Shown here: positions 14,927 to 20,000 of the stretch, piece by piece
Layout: each line of letters begins with the position of its first letter
Position numbering within the stretch: position 1 is the first letter of the stretch
Notes under the pieces: generated by a model
The model's database searches: none
Seen by the model: only the letters and a program-made list of their open reading frames with translations
What the model was told of the DNA's origin: nothing
Program-made: the position numbers and the translations under genes
From: an uncultured virus (IMG/VR IMGVR_UViG_3300044613_002297)
Taxonomy: Duplodnaviria; Heunggongvirae; Uroviricota; Caudoviricetes
Direction: 5' to 3' (one strand)
Length of the DNA: 20,000 nt
Virus record (IMG/VR): IMGVR_UViG_3300044613_002297

Positions 14927-16585
14927 ATGCCCACAACAGTCAAGATTCGCCGCAGCGGCACAGCGTCGGCCACGCCGTCGGCGCTTGAGCACGGCGAGAT
15001 CGCGATCAACTACGCCGATGGCAAGGTGTTCTGGAAGAACGCGAGCGATGTGATCACGTCGTTCACGTTTCAGAGCTACGCCCTCGCGTCGCACACGCAC
15101 GCAGCGTCGGACATCACCTCCGGCACGCTGGACGCCGCACGCCTGCCTCTTGCGACGACGGGTGCCGCCGGTGCGGTGATCGTCGGCACGGGGCTCGGCG
15201 TGTCGTCAGGCACGGTGTCGGTGACCTACGGGACCAGTAGCACCTCAGCCTGTCGCGGCGATGACAGTCGATTGAGTGACACCCGCACGCCGACCGATGG
15301 CAGCGTGACGACGGCGAAACTTGCCAACGACGCCGTCACCTACGCCAAGATTCAAAACGTCTCCGCCACCGACCGCCTGCTCGGTCGCTCGTCTGCGGGT
15401 GCAGGCGACGTGGAGGAGATCACCTGCACGTCGTTCGGTCGCTCCTTGATTTCGTCAGCCGATGCCCCTGCGGCACGCACCACGCTCTCCGTGCAGCCGA
15501 CGGCGAGTCCTACGTTCACTGGCACCGCAACTCTGGCCGCAGGAGCGATCGTCACCAGCACGGCGGCAAACTCTGGCCTATCGGTTGGCGGCAGCAGCAA
15601 GCAGGTTCGTTTGAGTTTCGCGCCCAGCGAAGGTACAGCGCCAACGTCTGCCGTGACAGGGACGGCGTATATCGTCTCTGCCGACTTCGGCAGCGGCTAC
15701 ACGGCAATGCGATTTGAGGCGACGGAGTTCGTCTTCGCTCACGGCATCTTTGCGTCTGAGGTTTCGACGACGTTCAAGAACAACGGCGACATCGTCATGT
15801 CGCGTGGGCAACTGCTCGCCGACGACATCGCCACAGCCAACAGCGTGGCGTATGCCTTTGATGGCGATACCAACACCGGAGTAGGCCGGGCGGGCGCGGA
15901 CATTCTGACGGTGGTGACGGGCGGCGCCGAGCGGGTGCGTGTTGATGCGTCGGGGAATGTGGGGATTGGCCGGGACAGCCCTAACGTCAAATTAGAAGTC
16001 GCTGGAAACGTTGGCGCGTACGGGACTCAGCCCGCTGTTCATTTCAGAGTAAACAGCAACACTCTGCGATTTGCATTGTTTGCAAACGACGCCGATAGCC
16101 TTCATGTTGGCAGGTATGACTCGTCAGGAGGCTATGTTGACTCGCCGCTACAAATATCCAGAACCAGCGGCAATGTAGTCACTCCAGCGGTTTACTCCGC
16201 CGCAGTCGGCGGAACGAACAGACCCGTATACGTTGATAGTGGTGGTCTTCTCGGCTACGTCTCCTCCATTCGCGAGAGCAAGACCGACATCGTCACGCTG
16301 GACGACGTGTCATGGCTTTCCGCGCTCTCGCCCGTCTCGTACCGCTACCGAAAGCGGAACGCCGACGGCACCTACAGCGACGAGGCCGACGGCGTCACCG
16401 ACTACGGTCTGATCGCTGAGGACGTGGAAGCGGTCAAGCCGGAACTCTGCTTCTACGACGACGTGGACGGCGAGCCGCAACTGCGTGGCGTCACGTACTC
16501 AAAACTGATCACGCCGATGCTGCGGTACATCCAGCAATTAGAGGCACGCATCGCCGCACTAGAGGAGCGACTGAGTCATGGCTGA
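14927..16585 (+). CDS. Tail fibre/spike with C-terminal S74-type intramolecular chaperone
   Basis: HTHAASDITSGTLDAARLP, DSRLSDTRTP, VTTAKLANDAVTYAKIQNV, ERVRVDASGNVGIG; C-terminal SSIRESKTDI...LSPVSYRY...YGLIAEDV...GVTYSKL plus coiled coil. Confidence 0.88.
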   Translation: MPTTVKIRRSGTASATPSALEHGEIAINYADGKVFWKNASDVITSFTFQSYALASHTHAASDITSGTLDAARLPLATTGAAGAVIVGTGLGVSSGTVSVTYGTSSTSACRGDDSRLSDTRTPTDGSVTTAKLANDAVTYAKIQNVSATDRLLGRSSAGAGDVEEITCTSFGRSLISSADAPAARTTLSVQPTASPTFTGTATLAAGAIVTSTAANSGLSVGGSSKQVRLSFAPSEGTAPTSAVTGTAYIVSADFGSGYTAMRFEATEFVFAHGIFASEVSTTFKNNGDIVMSRGQLLADDIATANSVAYAFDGDTNTGVGRAGADILTVVTGGAERVRVDASGNVGIGRDSPNVKLEVAGNVGAYGTQPAVHFRVNSNTLRFALFANDADSLHVGRYDSSGGYVDSPLQISRTSGNVVTPAVYSAAVGGTNRPVYVDSGGLLGYVSSIRESKTDIVTLDDVSWLSALSPVSYRYRKRNADGTYSDEADGVTDYGLIAEDVEAVKPELCFYDDVDGEPQLRGVTYSKLITPMLRYIQQLEARIAALEERLSHG

Positions 16586-16892
16586 CATCCCCACGCTGTT
16601 TGCAAGCGAGCCGCTGGACGTGCCTGCAAAGGTGTTCGACAAGTTGTGGGTGCGGGAAATCGTTCTGTCATCGCCGACAGGCGGCGAAGCCGAAGCCCGC
16701 GTGACGCTCGTCCGATTCCGCACCACCGACGACGGAGTGGAGGAGGCACCAGCCGAGCCGGTGCGGCTCCACGTCCGCGACCTGCTCGCTGGAGCGGAGG
16801 CCGACGCTGACCTCGCGGCTGCGGTTGGGGCGTTGATGAACTACGTCGCGAAGGTGGGCGTGGCAGAGGGCGTGGTCGCGGCGGGCGAGTGA
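16578..16892 (+). CDS. Hypothetical protein (possible fibre assembly factor)
   Basis: SD GAGGAG upstream; immediately follows the fibre gene. Confidence 0.65.
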   Translation: MADIPTLFASEPLDVPAKVFDKLWVREIVLSSPTGGEAEARVTLVRFRTTDDGVEEAPAEPVRLHVRDLLAGAEADADLAAAVGALMNYVAKVGVAEGVVAAGE

Positions 16893-17828
16893 ATGGTCGT
16901 CCTGTCGTCGATCCTGCGTCGCGACGAACCGCAACGCGAGCGACGCGAGCGGGTGCCGCTGCCCGGCGAGCTCGCCGTCGTCTGCGTGTTCTGGAATCCT
17001 GCCGGGTGGCGATCGCTGCGGCGGAACTACCTCCGGTTCCTCCACGAGATGCGGTGGTGGGGCGTGCCGACGTTCAACGTGGAGCTCGCCTACGAAGGGC
17101 AGGACTACACGTGCGACGACGCGTGGATCAAGGTGAGGGGCGGCGACCGGAACGTGCTCTGGCAGAAAGAGCGCCTCATCAATCTCGCCGTCGAACGCCT
17201 GCCCGACCGCTTCGACAAGGTGGCGTGGATCGACGCCGACATGGTGTTTCTCGACCACCAGTGGCCCGAGCGGCTGTGCCGAACGCTCGAAGAGTGGCCG
17301 GTCGTGCAGTGCTGGAACGAGTGGCACTGTGCCGGGCCTGACGGGCAGATCGAGGGCAAGAAGTTCTGCGTCGGGCATCGCTGCGAAAGGTATCTGAGCG
17401 AGCAGAACTGCTGCCCTGGCGGTGCGTGGGCGGCACGACGCGACATCTGGCCGCTCTACGATCGGCACATCGTCGGCAGCGGCGATTCGATGATGGTCGA
17501 GGGATGGACGAACCACCAAGTGAAACGCTGTCTGCGACTGATGAACGAGCCGATGGCGCGGCACTTCCGCGAGTGGTCGGAAGTGGCGTACGAGAAGGTC
17601 CGAGGCGAGATCGCCTGCCTGCCCGGTGACGCGATGCACCTGCACCACGGGAGCCTCGCTGACCGCCAGTATCACTCCCGGTGGTTCCCCGTCGTCAACG
17701 GCGGCTATGACCCGGCGACGCACGTCGAGGTGGACGAGAACGGGCTGCTTCGATGGACGGACTCGGCACCCGAGACGCTCGTCGAGTGGGTGCGGGGCTA
17801 CTTCGCCAGCCGGAACGAGGACGGCTGA
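16893..17828 (+). CDS. GT-A fold glycosyltransferase-like protein
   Basis: VFWNP.GWRSLRRNY, VELAY, LWQKERLINLA, VAWIDADMVF (DxD), PGGAWAARR, IVGSGD, HLHHGS..RQY. Confidence 0.7.
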   Translation: MVVLSSILRRDEPQRERRERVPLPGELAVVCVFWNPAGWRSLRRNYLRFLHEMRWWGVPTFNVELAYEGQDYTCDDAWIKVRGGDRNVLWQKERLINLAVERLPDRFDKVAWIDADMVFLDHQWPERLCRTLEEWPVVQCWNEWHCAGPDGQIEGKKFCVGHRCERYLSEQNCCPGGAWAARRDIWPLYDRHIVGSGDSMMVEGWTNHQVKRCLRLMNEPMARHFREWSEVAYEKVRGEIACLPGDAMHLHHGSLADRQYHSRWFPVVNGGYDPATHVEVDENGLLRWTDSAPETLVEWVRGYFASRNEDG

Positions 17829-17829
17829 G

Positions 17830-17854
17830 TTGACACGTCCCGCACCATGCGGGC
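17830..17854 (+). promoter_or_regulatory. Putative promoter, class B, copy 2 (leaderless fcl)
   Basis: TTGAC acgtccc GCACCATGC gggc ATG(17855); no SD before fcl. Confidence 0.45.
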
Positions 17855-18781
17855 ATGGACATCTCAACCAAGCGAATCCTCGTCACCGGCGGTGCCGGGT
17901 TTCTCGGCAAGGCGGTCTGCCGCGTGCTGCACAGTCGCGGATGCCGCCACGTGATCGTGCCTCGCAGGGTCGCGTGCGACCTGACCAGCGAAGAGGACAC
18001 GATCGACCTGTTCGACGATCACCGGCCCGAAGTCGTCCTGCACCTCGCGGCCGAAGTCGGCGGCATCGGGGCGAACATGGCGACGCCTGGGCGGTTCACC
18101 TACGCCAATCTCGCGATGGGGCTGCACGTCATCGAGCAGTGCCGACGGTTCGAGGTCGAGAAGGTCGTCGTCGTCGGGACGGTGTGCAGTTATCCACTCG
18201 ACCCGCCAGTGCCGTTCGTCGAGTCGGACCTGTGGAATGGCTACCCCGAAACGACGAACGCCGGGTACGGCGTGGCGAAGCGAGCGGTGTACGAACTGCT
18301 GAAGCAATACCACAAGCAGTACTCGCTCCCCGGTGCCGTTGTGATTCCGACGAACCTCTACGGGCCTTTTGATAACTTCGATCCGGCATCGTCGCACGTC
18401 ATCCCGGCGATGATTCGCCGATTCTGCCGCACCGATCCGGTGACGCTCTGGGGCACGGGCTGTGCGAGCCGGGAGTTCTTGCACGTCGATGACGCTGCCG
18501 AAGGCATCGTGCGAGCAGCGGAGACCGTGACCACGCCCGATCCGATCAACCTGGGCGGCGGCGGCGAGGTGCAGATGAGGAAGTTGGCCGAGATGATCGC
18601 TGGCGAGTGCAGCTACATGGGCGAGATCCGCTGGGACTCATCGAAGCCCGACGGTCAGCCGAGGCGTGCGGTCGATGCCACGCGAGCCCGCGAAATCCTC
18701 GGGTGGACGCCGAAGGTCAGCCTACAGAACGGGATCGCCGAGACGGTCTCGTGGTGGAGGGAGCAATGCGCGTCGCTCTGA
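17855..18781 (+). CDS. fcl: GDP-L-fucose synthase
   Basis: [78 protein letters not shown]. Confidence 0.95.
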   Translation: MDISTKRILVTGGAGFLGKAVCRVLHSRGCRHVIVPRRVACDLTSEEDTIDLFDDHRPEVVLHLAAEVGGIGANMATPGRFTYANLAMGLHVIEQCRRFEVEKVVVVGTVCSYPLDPPVPFVESDLWNGYPETTNAGYGVAKRAVYELLKQYHKQYSLPGAVVIPTNLYGPFDNFDPASSHVIPAMIRRFCRTDPVTLWGTGCASREFLHVDDAAEGIVRAAETVTTPDPINLGGGGEVQMRKLAEMIAGECSYMGEIRWDSSKPDGQPRRAVDATRAREILGWTPKVSLQNGIAETVSWWREQCASL

Positions 18782-19734
18782 TCACCGGCATCACCGGGCA
18801 GGACGGCTCCTATCTCGCTGAGCTCCTGCTCGCGAAGGGCTATATCGTCCACGGTATCGTGCGGCGGTCGAGCACCTTCGGCACGCAGCGGATTGAGCAC
18901 ATCTTCAACCGGCTCAACCTGCACTACGGCGACGTGACCGACGGCGGCGCGATGGCACGGCTCGTCGCCGAGATCGAGCCCGACGAGCTCTACAACCTCG
19001 CGGCACAGAGTCACGTGCGGGTGTCGTTCGACCAGCCCGCGTACACGGCGGAAGCGGTCGGCATCGGAGCGCTCAACGTCCTCGAAGCGGCCCGTGTCGT
19101 GCCTGGATGCCGGGTCTACCAAGCGTCCTCCTCCGAGATGTACGGGCAGGTCGCCGAGACGCCGCAGCGGGAGACGACGCCGTTTCGGCCGAGATCGCCG
19201 TACGGCGTGGCGAAGGTCTACGCTCACTGGATCACGGTGAACTACCGCGAGAGCTACGGGATGCACGCCTCGTGCGGCATCCTGTTCAACCACGAGAGCC
19301 CGAGGCGGGGCGAGACGTTCGTGACCCGCAAGATCGTGCGGGCAGCGGCACGCATCGCCAGCGGCATCCCCGAGACGCTGTACCTAGGCAACCTCGACGC
19401 CCGGCGGGACTGGGGCCACGCAGCAGACTACGCCGAGGCGATGTGGCTCATGCTGCAACAGGACGAGCCCGACGACTACGTCATCGCGACCGGCGAGACG
19501 CACAGCGTGCGGGAGTTCTGCGAGCGGGCGTTTGCCCACGTGGGGCTGGACTACCGCGACCACGTCGAGATCGACCCGAGGTACTACCGACCGGCCGAGG
19601 TGGACCTGCTACAGGGCGACGCGAGTAAGGCACGCCGAGCGCTAGGCTGGGTGCCGAGGGTGACGTTCGATGGGTTGGTGGCGGGCATGATGGACGCAGA
19701 ACTGCAAGCGATGCGGGGGCACGTGGTAGCGTGA
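18766..19734 (+). CDS. gmd: GDP-mannose 4,6-dehydratase
   Basis: [86 protein letters not shown]. Confidence 0.97.
   Translation: MRVALITGITGQDGSYLAELLLAKGYIVHGIVRRSSTFGTQRIEHIFNRLNLHYGDVTDGGAMARLVAEIEPDELYNLAAQSHVRVSFDQPAYTAEAVGIGALNVLEAARVVPGCRVYQASSSEMYGQVAETPQRETTPFRPRSPYGVAKVYAHWITVNYRESYGMHASCGILFNHESPRRGETFVTRKIVRAAARIASGIPETLYLGNLDARRDWGHAADYAEAMWLMLQQDEPDDYVIATGETHSVREFCERAFAHVGLDYRDHVEIDPRYYRPAEVDLLQGDASKARRALGWVPRVTFDGLVAGMMDAELQAMRGHVVA
19700..19732 (+). promoter_or_regulatory. Putative phage promoter, class A, copy 3
   Basis: AACTGCAAG 19700-19708, N14, GTGG, TAGCGT 19727-19732, then ATG 19739 six nt later. Confidence 0.6.
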
Positions 19735-19738
19735 GGCT

Positions 19739-20000
19739 ATGCCGCAGCGCATCGAGTTCATCCGGGCGGCCCGGCCGAACTACCGGATCAAGCGGAAAGA
19801 GAACCGCCCCAACGGATACCAGCGGGGCTACTCGGACAGGCGTCACTCAGCGTGGCGACGTGCTGTTCTCTTACGTGACAACTGGACGTGCCGTGCGTGC
19901 GGTCACGTCTGCGGCGAGAAGGGCAACGCCCACGCTGACCATGTGTCGCCGGTCGTGCCGGGCACGAAGGTCTGTGTCGATGGCCGCTCGCGGTATGACG
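19739..20000 (+). CDS. Packaging-associated HNH endonuclease (3' truncated)
   Basis: MPQRIEF...NGYQRGY...WRRAVLLRDNWTCRACGHVC....AHADHVSP is the typical small HNH (HK97 gp74-like) usually found beside terminase genes. Confidence 0.8.
   Translation, partial: MPQRIEFIRAARPNYRIKRKENRPNGYQRGYSDRRHSAWRRAVLLRDNWTCRACGHVCGEKGNAHADHVSPVVPGTKVCVDGRSRYD

Noticed and set aside
13847..16585. Diversity-generating retroelement or invertible shufflon acting on the fibres
   Set aside because: No reverse transcriptase, invertase or TR/VR-like repeat pair was seen in the window.
18724..18740. ACAGAACGGGATC similar to the attC left end
   Set aside because: It lies inside the conserved fcl coding sequence with no palindromic partner.
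354..19846. Numerous long minus-strand and alternative-frame ORFs (e.g. 1746-2561, 11157-12404, 16668-17867)
   Set aside because: These are shadows of GC-rich + strand genes: Arg/Pro-rich, with no motifs, and fully overlapping well-supported genes.
1..20000. Integron integrase, tRNA/rRNA genes, clear rho-independent terminators
   Set aside because: No tyrosine-recombinase motifs, cloverleaf-like sequence or convincing hairpin-plus-U-tract was recognised by eye; tRNAscan, Rfam and HMM searches would be needed to exclude them formally.

Overview
This is a GC-rich, tightly packed region with all credible genes on the + strand, most likely from a tailed bacteriophage or prophage. The host is tentatively Planctomycetota-like (inference only). 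Gene order: 3' end of a DnaB-like helicase; HTH replication initiator containing an iteron/AT-rich origin; LexA-type DNA-binding protein; DnaN beta clamp; GcrA-like HTH; small ORFs; a two-cassette integron-like array (two 56-bp attC-like sites plus an attI-like site, all inverted relative to the genes, no integrase in the window); secreted trypsin-like protease; RusA; a glycosyltransferase/methyltransferase cluster; a free-standing HNH endonuclease; a second GcrA-like HTH; a membrane/papain-like peptidase/lipoprotein/holin-like block; tail/fibre genes (one with an S74 chaperone); another glycosyltransferase; fcl and gmd; and the start of a packaging-type HNH gene. The most notable signals are the integron-like cassette array, two families of repeated promoter-like motifs, the intragenic origin and the GDP-fucose/glycosylation pathway. 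All protein calls come from motif recognition by eye, not database searches.
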